This document shows, in pieces, positions 55,201 to 64,000 of a DNA stretch of 64,000 nucleotides. Both the position numbers and the translations under genes were made by a program. Every line of letters starts with the position of its first letter. Position 1 is the stretch's first letter. The DNA lies in the NCBI GenBank assembly GCA_000004985.1, contig GG738929.1; one strand, 5' to 3'. The notes beneath the pieces are model-generated. The model ran no database searches, was not told the origin of the DNA, and saw only the letters and a program-made list of their open reading frames with translations. Source of the stretch: Naegleria gruberi (lineage: Eukaryota).

Positions 55201-57210
55201 TTACAATAAAGTAAGCAGTAAAACAATGAACATCAGTCCATAAATACTAACACTCAAAGTATTAGATAAATTTCCTTGAGTACTACAATCAATACCAGCC
55301 CAACCATAGAAACATTGACATTCATCCTTAGAGCAAATACCACTCTTACAATTATGAAGTCCACATTTGAGAGTGATGGAAGAAGCTGATGATGGAATGT
55401 CACATGATGAAGTTGAGGAAAGATAACATCTACATTCTCCGTTAAAGCATACACCCCTATTGGCTTTCCAACCACATTCACTATTATAAACAGGTCCTAA
55501 ATTTGTAGTAGCTGGGCAAGAAGTTGGTGAATCATTGAATGTTGATTCAAATGAAGAATTAGATTGAATATATCGCATAGCATCAAGAGTATTGACAATA
55601 CCCCAACCTAAATCATTACCTGGTTCAGTATTTTTGGATGCTGTCATCATGACTGCTTTTCTCATTTGATATGGAGTCCAGGTTGGATTTTTCTGAAGAA
55701 TTAATGCAACACAACCAGCAACAATTGGAGTGGCAAAACTTGTTCCAGAACTTGTTAAATAGTCACTATCTGTATTTGGAGAAACCAAGTATGTTGAGCT
55801 ACCTCTTGCACTAACTTCAGGTTTTGTTCTTCCATCATCGGAAGGTCCTCTACTTGAAAAGTATGAAATTTTTCCATTAACATCCACTGATCCAACTGAG
55901 ATAACATCAAATCCATCCGAAGGAGTTCCGATAGTATTACTTCCACCTGCACCTTCATTTCCAGCAGCTAGCACCATAATTAATCCCTTGTAACGAGAAG
56001 CAATATTGACAACTCTAGTGAGTGGTGAAGTGACACCATTAAATTCCTTCTTTGAATGTGAATACCAATCAGTATATCCAAGTGAGGCACTAACAATATC
56101 TGCTCCCAATCTTTCTCCCCATTCAATAGCTTCAATAAAATTATCCTCTTCTACTTGTGTTTCAGTTCTGACATCTTCAGTTTTAGCTAATAATACTGAA
56201 GCGCCTGGAGCAGGTCCCATAAAATTACCAAGATCATAACCAGCAATAGCAGATAAACATTGTGTACCATGATTAGAAGTTGTAGCTGCTTCTCCACTTT
56301 CGTTATCAGTATTAGTGTCCTTATTTACAAAGTCATATTGTCCAGTAATATGAATTGATTTGAGTGCTTTGTGTTGAAGGTGGAATCCACTGTCACAAAC
56401 AAGAATTGTGATACCAGTTCCATTTAGTTCAGGATACATATTTCTTGTAGCCACAACATTCACTTGATTTAATTGGTTGAAAGCCACTCCATAACTAGAA
56501 TCATCAGCTACATGTCTTGTATTAACAACCTTTTGATTTCTTTCCTCTAAGTTTGATCTTTTGAAAGTGGCAACTCTTTCAATTCTATCTACAAATGCTA
56601 ATTTTTGAATCTTTTCAATTTGTTCTTGTGTTACATCAGAAACTGTAATGGCATTCAACCAATTACTACGTGCTCCAATTTTTTGATCTTGTCTTAACAT
56701 ATTTACAATCTTTTGTACGTATTCTTCTACAATAGGAACATCATGAATTGAATAGAGTGATAATTCCTCACCACTAACATCTCTCTTCAAGGAAATTGAT
56801 TCTTGAACAACTTTACGTCTTCTTGCAAGTGCCTTCTCGCTGATTGGAACACTTGTAGGAAAGTGTTTTTCCAAGCTTTCCGAAGCTAAACTTTTAAGTT
56901 TTGTTATTCTTCCATCAATGATCGAAGGAAGATGCAAAGACGATCGTGAATTCTTCTCATCAATTCCCTTATTATTAAAATATATCCAAATCTTCATCGA
57001 TGAAGGTAATGTTGATGAAGGTGTATTACTTGAATTTACTCCTCCAACCAATAATACAAAAGTTGTTGCAACAATCATCATGCTGACCACAACCATCATC
57101 ATTGAACTTTTATATTGTTTCTGCTGTTGTTGACAGGAAGACTTTGTATTCATCATCATCTTCCAAGTATTCTTGTTCGATCTTGGCAAGGCAAATGATG
57201 TGGAGAACAT
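55201..57210 (-). CDS. subtilisin-like serine protease (S8 family) with N-terminal signal anchor and propeptide-like region, C-terminal Cys-rich EGF-like module and TM anchor
   Basis: ATG 57210, 669 aa. Catalytic triad contexts ILVCDSGFHLQH (Asp), HGTQCLSAIAG (His), GTSFATPIVAGCVALI (Ser). Cys-rich tail CGWKANRGVCFNGECRCYLSSTSSCDIPSSASSITLKCGLHNCKSGICSKDECQCFYGWAGIDC. C-terminal hydrophobic IYGLMFIVLLLTLL. Single exon. Confidence 0.85.
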   Translation of the reverse strand: MFSTSFALPRSNKNTWKMMMNTKSSCQQQQKQYKSSMMMVVVSMMIVATTFVLLVGGVNSSNTPSSTLPSSMKIWIYFNNKGIDEKNSRSSLHLPSIIDGRITKLKSLASESLEKHFPTSVPISEKALARRRKVVQESISLKRDVSGEELSLYSIHDVPIVEEYVQKIVNMLRQDQKIGARSNWLNAITVSDVTQEQIEKIQKLAFVDRIERVATFKRSNLEERNQKVVNTRHVADDSSYGVAFNQLNQVNVVATRNMYPELNGTGITILVCDSGFHLQHKALKSIHITGQYDFVNKDTNTDNESGEAATTSNHGTQCLSAIAGYDLGNFMGPAPGASVLLAKTEDVRTETQVEEDNFIEAIEWGERLGADIVSASLGYTDWYSHSKKEFNGVTSPLTRVVNIASRYKGLIMVLAAGNEGAGGSNTIGTPSDGFDVISVGSVDVNGKISYFSSRGPSDDGRTKPEVSARGSSTYLVSPNTDSDYLTSSGTSFATPIVAGCVALILQKNPTWTPYQMRKAVMMTASKNTEPGNDLGWGIVNTLDAMRYIQSNSSFESTFNDSPTSCPATTNLGPVYNSECGWKANRGVCFNGECRCYLSSTSSCDIPSSASSITLKCGLHNCKSGICSKDECQCFYGWAGIDCSTQGNLSNTLSVSIYGLMFIVLLLTLL

Positions 57211-57601
57211 TTTTTGTATCTTGTTGTGGTGTAGGGTTTTCTATTGTTTTACAGCACAGCCGTAGGATTCTGGATAACAAGAGACAAGACTGAACGGCAG
57301 TTATGATAGTTGGTTGGCAAGTGAATGGATTGTTTGAGGAGGAGGATTCAGTGTGAGTTAGGAAGGTTGCTTTTGATGGATTTAAAAGAACTGATGGTTG
57401 AAAATATAAAGCAAGTCTAGTAGATGAAGAGGGAATGAATCCATTTGAAGAGTGTTACCCAATATTAAGTAGATCATCAACCATAACTTTTTAAAATTCA
57501 ATATATTACCATTCCGATTGTTCTAATGTTTTGTTCAATTTCTCCTTTGCACTTCTAATTATTAAATTGAAATTATTGAAGAAATTAAAAAACAATTAAA
57601 A

Positions 57602-59200
57602 ATGTGTTCACTTCCTGAGGATGAAATTCTTCATGTTATTAACAAGGCCAGTGAAGTAGGATGTTGTATCCGATGTGGTTTATGTTATTTGGATTTATTC
57701 AAGATGAATATTGCCATGTATTCAAAGAATGAAAAGGAACTTGTTGAAACTCTTCTTCCTAATCATCATCAACAAGTTTGTTTACTTTCATCATCGAGAT
57801 GTAAGATTTGTTTTGGTGCTTTTCAAGATGAATATCTTCACGGAAGACTTCCTAATGAAATGGAAAAAGTTTATCATGAATATGATATTGAATATTTGAG
57901 CGAATTCCATGTTTCATTAACATTTTCAAATCATTTTCATATTAGAGAACATTGTTTTAAATATTTACTTGCAAAACATGTGGAATCGGAGCAAGTTAAA
58001 AAGATTTTACAATCTTCACAACCACCTCTTGACAGAAAGAGGCTTTTGAAAACTACACTTTCCGATATATTTGAAAAGTCAATGAAGGCTAAAGGTCATG
58101 AATTAAAAGCTAATCCACAAACTGCACCACTTATGATTGAAGTTAAATTTAATGATGATGTTATTATGAATGCAAATTCTAAGGAGGAAGTTGTGGAAGA
58201 GAATTTATCTCCATTAAAGAAAAAGAGAAAAAAGAACAAGATTGATAGAAGAGAAAATTCAAATCTTCAAAGTGTTTTGAGATTAAAATCTTTGGAAGAA
58301 CTTGATACAATTATACAGTCAGAAATACCAGCTGAATGGAATAATGATTTGAGTGATTTTTCATCTGAAACATCTGTGAAACTTGATGAAAAATTTATCA
58401 AAGTGTCTGGTACTCATTCAGTCATCTATATTTCAGGATATTATAGAAAATTAGAAAGAGGACTTCCACAATCTCCGTGGGTAATGAGAGGTTCAAAGGA
58501 GGATGAACAAAATACTAGAAGTGTTGATACATATATTGGAGGACCTTTTATGGAATATACCAAGGCAGACTCTTACAAATTTGACTCTTCTGGAAGAGAA
58601 GATAAGAACGTGAGAATGTTGGGTAATGGTAGACCTTTTGTTTTTGCAATTCATAATCCAAGAAGAAGTCACTTTACACTTGAACAAGTCAAGGAAATTG
58701 AGAACACAATCAACCAAAGAGCTAATGGATCTATTGAAGTACATACTATCCAAGTTCACTTTAATAATCTTGTATGCCAAAAGATGAAGGAAGGGGCAGA
58801 AGAAAAGAGAAAAAATTACAGATGTGTTGTTTGGTGCGAAGCTGCGTTGACGAGTGATACTGATCCATCACTCAAGGAGAAAGTTACCAATTATCTTGAA
58901 TCTATTAAGGACCTGGATATTGGACAAAAGACACCACTCAGAGTACTCCACAGAAGAGCTCTCCACACTAGAAAAAAGATTATTCACTCAATTAAGTGTA
59001 CAGAATTTATCAATTCTCATGCTATGGTTTTGGATCTTTGTACAAGTGCAGGTACTTATGTAAAGGAATTTATTCATGGCGATTTTGGTAGAACTGAACC
59101 ATCATTTGGTACCTTGCTTGCCAAGCTATTTGAAAGATCCTTACCTTTTGATTCTCAAATTTTGCAACTTGATGTTATGGAGATTGAAATTTCATTATAA
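57602..59200 (+). CDS. PUS10: tRNA pseudouridine synthase Pus10
   Basis: ATG 57602, 532 aa. N-terminal Zn-ribbon/THUMP-like CIRCGLCYL...CKICFG. C-terminal catalytic region MLGNGRPFVFAIHNPRR...RKNYRCVVWCEA...QKTPLRVLHRRALHTRKKII...LDLCTSAGTYVKEFIHGDFGRTEPS matches the Pus10 family signature (GGRPF, TP.RVLHRR, AGTY(I/V)KEF(V/I)HGDFGRT). Single exon. Confidence 0.8.
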   Translation: MCSLPEDEILHVINKASEVGCCIRCGLCYLDLFKMNIAMYSKNEKELVETLLPNHHQQVCLLSSSRCKICFGAFQDEYLHGRLPNEMEKVYHEYDIEYLSEFHVSLTFSNHFHIREHCFKYLLAKHVESEQVKKILQSSQPPLDRKRLLKTTLSDIFEKSMKAKGHELKANPQTAPLMIEVKFNDDVIMNANSKEEVVEENLSPLKKKRKKNKIDRRENSNLQSVLRLKSLEELDTIIQSEIPAEWNNDLSDFSSETSVKLDEKFIKVSGTHSVIYISGYYRKLERGLPQSPWVMRGSKEDEQNTRSVDTYIGGPFMEYTKADSYKFDSSGREDKNVRMLGNGRPFVFAIHNPRRSHFTLEQVKEIENTINQRANGSIEVHTIQVHFNNLVCQKMKEGAEEKRKNYRCVVWCEAALTSDTDPSLKEKVTNYLESIKDLDIGQKTPLRVLHRRALHTRKKIIHSIKCTEFINSHAMVLDLCTSAGTYVKEFIHGDFGRTEPSFGTLLAKLFERSLPFDSQILQLDVMEIEISL

Positions 59201-59898
59201 AAATCTATATTTGATTGTTATTAAGCTTATTTAACGATTGAGAAGCAGAGGCAACTCTTGGACGATTTTTAATTGTTAAGGTATTGGAATTGCAACTTCA
59301 TAAGCGCTATTGGCAGTAAATACCTGGTTACAACTGGTCGAACAGTTGAATCAAGAGAGGAAGCCAAAATATTGTAACATTTTGGAGTTCAGCAATTAGC
59401 TCCACCATAGTTACAAGGTATTAACATCTCCACATGCACGTCCATTACAAACACTAGCATTATTAGCAAGAATACCTAAGCAAAATAGATATTTGCAATA
59501 ACCAGCAGGACCAAACACAAAAACAAAGATGAATTGAATCTCACTTATTCAATCACTCAATGACCTCATTAACTGGTCATCCTGTATATGTTGATATCAG
59601 AAAGGCATCCAATAATCAATTTGACTATTTGGACTTTATTAGAAACCGAGTTAAGCTAGTGTTTGTTCCAAAATACTCTCCTAAATTGAATTTCATCAAA
59701 CAATTTTTTTTTAAAACATTAAAATTTTGTCAAACTTGAAGTAAACGCTGCAGTATACTTCCTCAATTTCATATTATTAATTATTAAATAACAATTCCGC
59801 ATTTTCACGTTTGTCTGTTGAAAGTGTTATTGATAACCATTTGGATTTTCTTTGGATTGGCTAAGTGGTTAAGGCATTTAAGAGTATATCAGCACAAA

Positions 59899-60093
59899 TA
59901 TATGACAAGCCACTCACAACAACAATTCAGTCGTTATGATCAATATTCAAAACAAGTAGACAAGCCAACTTTTACTGAACTTGCAAACACAGCCAAAACC
60001 TATCCAAAATACGATTACGGAGAAGTGCTTGATAAATTTGTAGAATTGCTCAATGAGATAGTAGGAAAAGCAAGTGTATTCTACAGAGTTTAA
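59899..60093 (+). CDS. small ORF (64 aa from ATG), doubtful
   Basis: Within track ORF 59818..60093 (TTG start). ATG-initiated MTSHSQQQFSRYDQYSKQVDKPTFTELANTAKTYPKYDYGEVLDKFVELLNEIVGKASVFYRV. No domain. Lies between convergent genes. Confidence 0.2.
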   Translation, partial: YMTSHSQQQFSRYDQYSKQVDKPTFTELANTAKTYPKYDYGEVLDKFVELLNEIVGKASVFYRV

Positions 60094-60177
60094 ACAAAAA
60101 CTCAAAACCAAGGTGAAATAAAATCCTCATCCATTCTGAAACCAGATTGGAATGCCTTGACTCATTTCTTGCGAAGG

Positions 60178-62349
60178 CTATTGATGAGAGGCAAAGTAAT
60201 TGACAATGCATTGATATGATTGTTCTCTTAGCATTCTTCGTAGTTGGTATTGGAGAGATTCTTCTTCAGAAGATTGTTCAAGATTTTCATCTGAATCGTC
60301 CTCTCCATTAAATATTGGAAACTCATCGAAATTGTCATCATAGAGCGTGTAACCAAAATATTCCAAATCTTCTTTACAAACACTTTCAAGGGTTTCCTTT
60401 TCATTTGTTTGAAACTCTTCTTCAACTGAAACTTCGTCATCATAAATAACTTGATATCTTTGTGGATATTGAAAAGTGGATTCAACATCGTTTGGCGTTT
60501 CTTCAACATTTGCTTCTCCTTCAATTATTGCTTCATCAGTCTTTTGTTGAGGTATAAACTGCATAGAAGGAGGATTATCCAAATCCTTCGAACAATTCTG
60601 GAAGAATAAATCACCACAGCCATACCAATGTTTGAGATAGAGCTTTTCCGAATGAGCTCTTTCTTTTCCATACACTTGTTCATGAACTCGAATAGAAACT
60701 TTCATTAATTCATCTTGTAGAGAATCCCCAAGATTGTCCAAATCAAAAGTGTAAATCTCACTATCATCAATAAAGTTTTGCTCAGTGATTGTTTTCTGAC
60801 TCGGCTCGTCCTCTTCTTCTGTTTCAGAATCTTCACCATCTGATATCTCAAGATCTTCTTCCGATTCTTCATCCTCACTTGGTGTGTCCCCAGCAGTTGT
60901 TGGTCCTTCTAATTCATTCCCGTCGCCTTTTAATGGTGAATCTTTAGAATTTACCTCTAGTTCATGGACTGATTGAGTACCGTGTTCTTTTGCGTAATAC
61001 TCCTTCATACCTGAATCGTTCAATTCATAAGGATCTTCTACAGTAGCATACGTTACTTTCAAGCCAGTAACCTTTTCGAATGATTCTAAAATTTCCTCAT
61101 GATTTAATTTGAGGTCAGTATCAATATTATCATCAAATGTTGGACAATATGCATCGTATGGATCGATGCGATATGTATCATATTGATACCTGGATTCTTC
61201 GAATTTCAATTCTTCAGTCTTGTTTGGAAACTTTTTCTCGTAGGCGTCTTTGAGGGTTAAATGAATTACCTTCTTCAATTCATATAACATATCCTCAATT
61301 ACTGATGGTTCAAAGTACTTAATACCACCTCTTCTGGCCAATCTTTTAATGCCTGATCTCAGAGCATAAAATGTAAAATCAGAAGAATCCTGTGCACTGG
61401 TATAAGAAGTGTCATCAGTGTAGATTACATTTCCATCAAGAGCTATTGGACCATCTGTGTCTGTATCAAGTGACTCTTGGATTTCATGAAGATATACATT
61501 CACCATATCCTTCTCTTGTTCCATCTTATCACTCAACTCAAACGGGTTGAAGCAAATAGTTCCTTGCTCTGAGTGAGGAATTCCCATAAATTGTTCAATC
61601 ATTTTTCTATATGTTTTAGTGTCAATTTCACTCGAAACCAATTCATACTGATCTGAAATAGTTCCCTTACAAAGTGGAACTCCAAACGGAAGAACCTTTT
61701 GTCTATAGTTCAACCCTTCAATCTCAATCTCTACCTGATTGTCATTAATTCTATCCCAACTCAACCCAGAATACTCCTTCTCATCCAAATCATCATAACA
61801 CAAATATGCCTTCCAAGTTGCCAATTCAGTAAACAAACCATCAGCGATCGTGCCACTATCCCCATTATTTTCAACATGTTGTTTCAATTCTTCCAAATGC
61901 ACATTTTCATCGTACATAACACGACACGTCTCTATAAATGATTTTAATTGTGGAAGGAATAGGTGAAACCAATTCTTACAAACCAAGATCATACTCTTCA
62001 TCTCTGGAGCTTGACAGAATTCAAAGATGACCCTCCAACAATCTTCAACAATTAAATTATTATTCTGATGAAGGTTATCATGATCGGAGGAGTGAATTCT
62101 CTCAGGAATAATCTTGATGGCCGAACGATGATCTTTGAATTCCTCTTCTTCTTGAACGTCATCAACCTGTTGTTTATCATCATTCGATGGTTGAGTTGTT
62201 TCTTCTGTCTTGTTTTCTTCTTCGGAAATTAGTAAATATTTACTTGGTTGAATGTATTCGGATGAGTAGAGTTGTAAAAATCCTCGTTTTCTAGATTCTG
62301 ATGCCCCTTTGGCCTTGAAACTATTCAGATAATCATTCAAGTTAAACAT
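60178..62349 (-). CDS. hypothetical acidic protein with F-box-like segment
   Basis: ATG 62349, 723 aa, single exon. LIVEDCWRVIFEFCQAPEMKSMILVCKNWFHLF is F-box-like. Long D/E/S-rich low-complexity tail. Confidence 0.55.
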   Translation of the reverse strand: MFNLNDYLNSFKAKGASESRKRGFLQLYSSEYIQPSKYLLISEEENKTEETTQPSNDDKQQVDDVQEEEEFKDHRSAIKIIPERIHSSDHDNLHQNNNLIVEDCWRVIFEFCQAPEMKSMILVCKNWFHLFLPQLKSFIETCRVMYDENVHLEELKQHVENNGDSGTIADGLFTELATWKAYLCYDDLDEKEYSGLSWDRINDNQVEIEIEGLNYRQKVLPFGVPLCKGTISDQYELVSSEIDTKTYRKMIEQFMGIPHSEQGTICFNPFELSDKMEQEKDMVNVYLHEIQESLDTDTDGPIALDGNVIYTDDTSYTSAQDSSDFTFYALRSGIKRLARRGGIKYFEPSVIEDMLYELKKVIHLTLKDAYEKKFPNKTEELKFEESRYQYDTYRIDPYDAYCPTFDDNIDTDLKLNHEEILESFEKVTGLKVTYATVEDPYELNDSGMKEYYAKEHGTQSVHELEVNSKDSPLKGDGNELEGPTTAGDTPSEDEESEEDLEISDGEDSETEEEDEPSQKTITEQNFIDDSEIYTFDLDNLGDSLQDELMKVSIRVHEQVYGKERAHSEKLYLKHWYGCGDLFFQNCSKDLDNPPSMQFIPQQKTDEAIIEGEANVEETPNDVESTFQYPQRYQVIYDDEVSVEEEFQTNEKETLESVCKEDLEYFGYTLYDDNFDEFPIFNGEDDSDENLEQSSEEESLQYQLRRMLREQSYQCIVNYFASHQ

Positions 62350-62574
62350 TTTTTTCCTTCGAGAAATGGAAATTTTACATGACCATTCAGAAATTACAAT
62401 GAAACTCTACAACCCTATATTTTGGTTGTTTGCTTCACACTCCATAGCATGTAAACACACAATAGACCTTCCATTTGATACAATAGTTAACAGGTTCTTC
62501 ACTCAAAACATGAAAATCATTTGATATCAATCAATTTGGTTGATGGAATTATTAAAAACAACAAGTCTGAAAAA

Positions 62575-64000
62575 ATGCTCCGATTTGTGGGAAGGAAAAT
62601 CCCATCATCGAAAGGCTTCCAATCATTATTGATCAATAGTAATAATAATAATAATACACTATCATCGGTGTGTTGTACTCCGTCATCACTCTCTCATAAT
62701 AGTGGAGTGTATTCAAAATCAATTTTTAATAAGCCTGTTTTATTGGAAAATAATAGTAGTAGGAATTTTACAAGTACAACTGTAAAGAGAGCAGAAAGTG
62801 TGGAGAAGGAAATTAAAAAGGATGAAGAAAATGTAAAATTAACAAAACCATCATTATCAGTTATTAAAAAATTAATAGAAATTGCTAAACCAGAAACTAA
62901 ATTACTTGCCACTGGTATGGCTTGCTTAGCAGTGAGTGCTGCTGTTTCTTTAATTTTGCCGATTGGAGTTGGTAGACTTGTAGATACTTTGGCTCTTCCT
63001 CCAGAACAAGCCACTGAACAATTAAAATTAATCGGATATGGATTATCTGGTCTATTTGCTGTCTCTGCAGCTGCTGTGATTGGAAGATATACAGCTGTTC
63101 AAACAGCAGGTCAAAAAATTCAAAAAAGATTAAGAAAGAGATTATTTGATTCATATATGAGACAAGATGTTCAATTTTTTGACAATACAAAAACAGGAGA
63201 ATTGGTCAATAGATTGAGTACAGATGTTGAAGTAGTTAGTGAAACAATTACACATACCATTATTTCTGGTATGAGATCATTAGTGGAAGCATCAGGCGGT
63301 ATAATTTTATTGTGTTTCCTCAGTTTCAAACGTAAGTTGAAGCACTACATTTAACTAATCCATTTTTAGTTACCGGAGTTGCAGTTTCAATATTCCCACT
63401 TTTGGGTATTGGTGCTGTAGTATATGGTAGATATGTAAAAAAACTCTCTAAAAGCTATTTGGATGAACTTGCAAAGAGTACTGCCTTTGCACAGGAAAGA
63501 ATTTCAAATATCAGAACTGTAAGATTATTCTCTGCAGAAAAGAAGGAAGTCAAAAACTATGAAGATAAAATTGAACATGTTTTCAATTCAGGAAGACAAC
63601 TTGGTATTGCAAGAGGTGTATTTTATAGTGCTGTCAATTTTGGTGCTAACATGTCAATGATTGCTGTTTTAGCATTAGGTCAGTATTTTAAAACAATGTA
63701 GTATTTTTAATATTTTTTATAGGTGGTTTTGATGTTATTTCTGGAGCTTTAACTGTTGGTAAATTAACAAGTTTCCTTCTCTATTCCATTTATGTTGGTA
63801 TTTCATTTACAAATTTGAGTCAAGTATATGGTGATGTTATGAAAGCAATGGGTTCTAGTGAAAGAATTTTCGAATTAATGCACCAAAAACCATTAATAGA
63901 AGTTAGTAGAGATCACGGAAAACAATTAGACAAAATTATTGGAAATATTGTATTTAATGATGTCACATTTTCTTATCCTCAAAGAAAGGAAGTTCAAGTA
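62575..64000 (+). CDS. ABCB-type (MDR/TAP/mitochondrial half-transporter-like) ABC transporter, transmembrane domain. Partial: continues beyond window end. At least 3 exons: 62575..63331, 63370..63678, 63723..>64000. Introns 38 nt (GTAAGT...TTTAG) and 44 nt (GTCAGT...TATAG)
   Basis: First ATG 62575 (MLRFVGRKIPSSKGFQ, presequence-like). ABCB TMD hallmarks VQFFDNTKTGELVNRLSTDVEVV, RTVRLFSAEKKEVKNYEDKIE, LTVGKLTSFLLYS, SSERIFELMHQKPLIE, IVFNDVTFSYPQRKEVQV (just before the Walker A region). Splicing: ...LSFK|L|TGVAVSIFPLLGIGAVVYGRYV and ...AVLALG|GFDVISGALTVGKL. The last exon is open to position 64000. Confidence 0.8.

Noticed and set aside
1-64000. Interpretation of the window as a bacterial or phage accessory island (prompted by the phage-like RNA ligase and the recombinase)
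   Set aside because: Spliceosomal introns with GT..AG borders, actin, SNARE, 5S rRNA with Pol III terminators, eukaryotic tRNAs and uniformly AT-rich eukaryote-style flanks show a nuclear eukaryotic locus. The ligase and recombinase are integrated eukaryotic genes or elements.

Overview
Organism and genome style: this is eukaryotic nuclear DNA, not a prokaryotic island. It is visibly AT-rich and gene-dense, with genes every 1.5-3 kb on both strands. All stops are standard TAA/TAG/TGA. It has an intronless actin gene, many long single-exon genes, and very short spliceosomal introns. The introns I could resolve are 38-207 nt with GTAAGT/GTATGT-type donors and AG acceptors. Several ORF-track entries are therefore exon fragments, and many track starts are TTG/GTG artefacts that I moved to the first in-frame ATG. 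The 339-aa RNA ligase at 12010..13029 has its KxDG lysine at residue 170. From memory this matches the published Rnl5 ligase NgrRnl of Naegleria gruberi. The likely source is therefore a heterolobosean amoeboflagellate (Naegleria-like). This is inference, not a database hit. Poly-N/Q tracts and large kinase, F-box and LRR families fit that.

Content of the window: about 30 protein genes. (1) A giant B-box/GTPase/TM/kinase protein. (2) An acyl-CoA synthetase/FATP. (3) A two-HMG-box protein. (4) A C2-domain protein. (5) Actin. (6) A longin R-SNARE. (7) A RegA-like REC-PDE-REC-HPt fusion. (8) An LRR-cc (FBXL-like) protein. (9) A RhoGAP. (10) A membrane subtilase. (11) Pus10. (12) An ABCB transporter, partial. 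(13) A receptor kinase with a beta-helix ectodomain. (14) An NHL-repeat GPI-type surface protein. (15) A secreted cationic repeat polyprotein. (16) Several F-box-like proteins.

Other elements: (1) Pol III genes: a tRNA-Glu(TTC) gene, two 5S rRNA genes in inverted orientation flanking a frameshifted 72-bp tandem-repeat LRR gene, and a second tRNA with an atypical anticodon arm. (2) A decayed DIRS-like tyrosine-recombinase retrotransposon that abuts an assembly gap (50 N). (3) A 3.6-kb ORF-poor stretch upstream of it, probably the same element's decayed 5' half.

Line-counted coordinates disagree with the ORF track by one base near 55110, so hand-derived positions may be off by 1-2 nt. I kept track coordinates wherever available.
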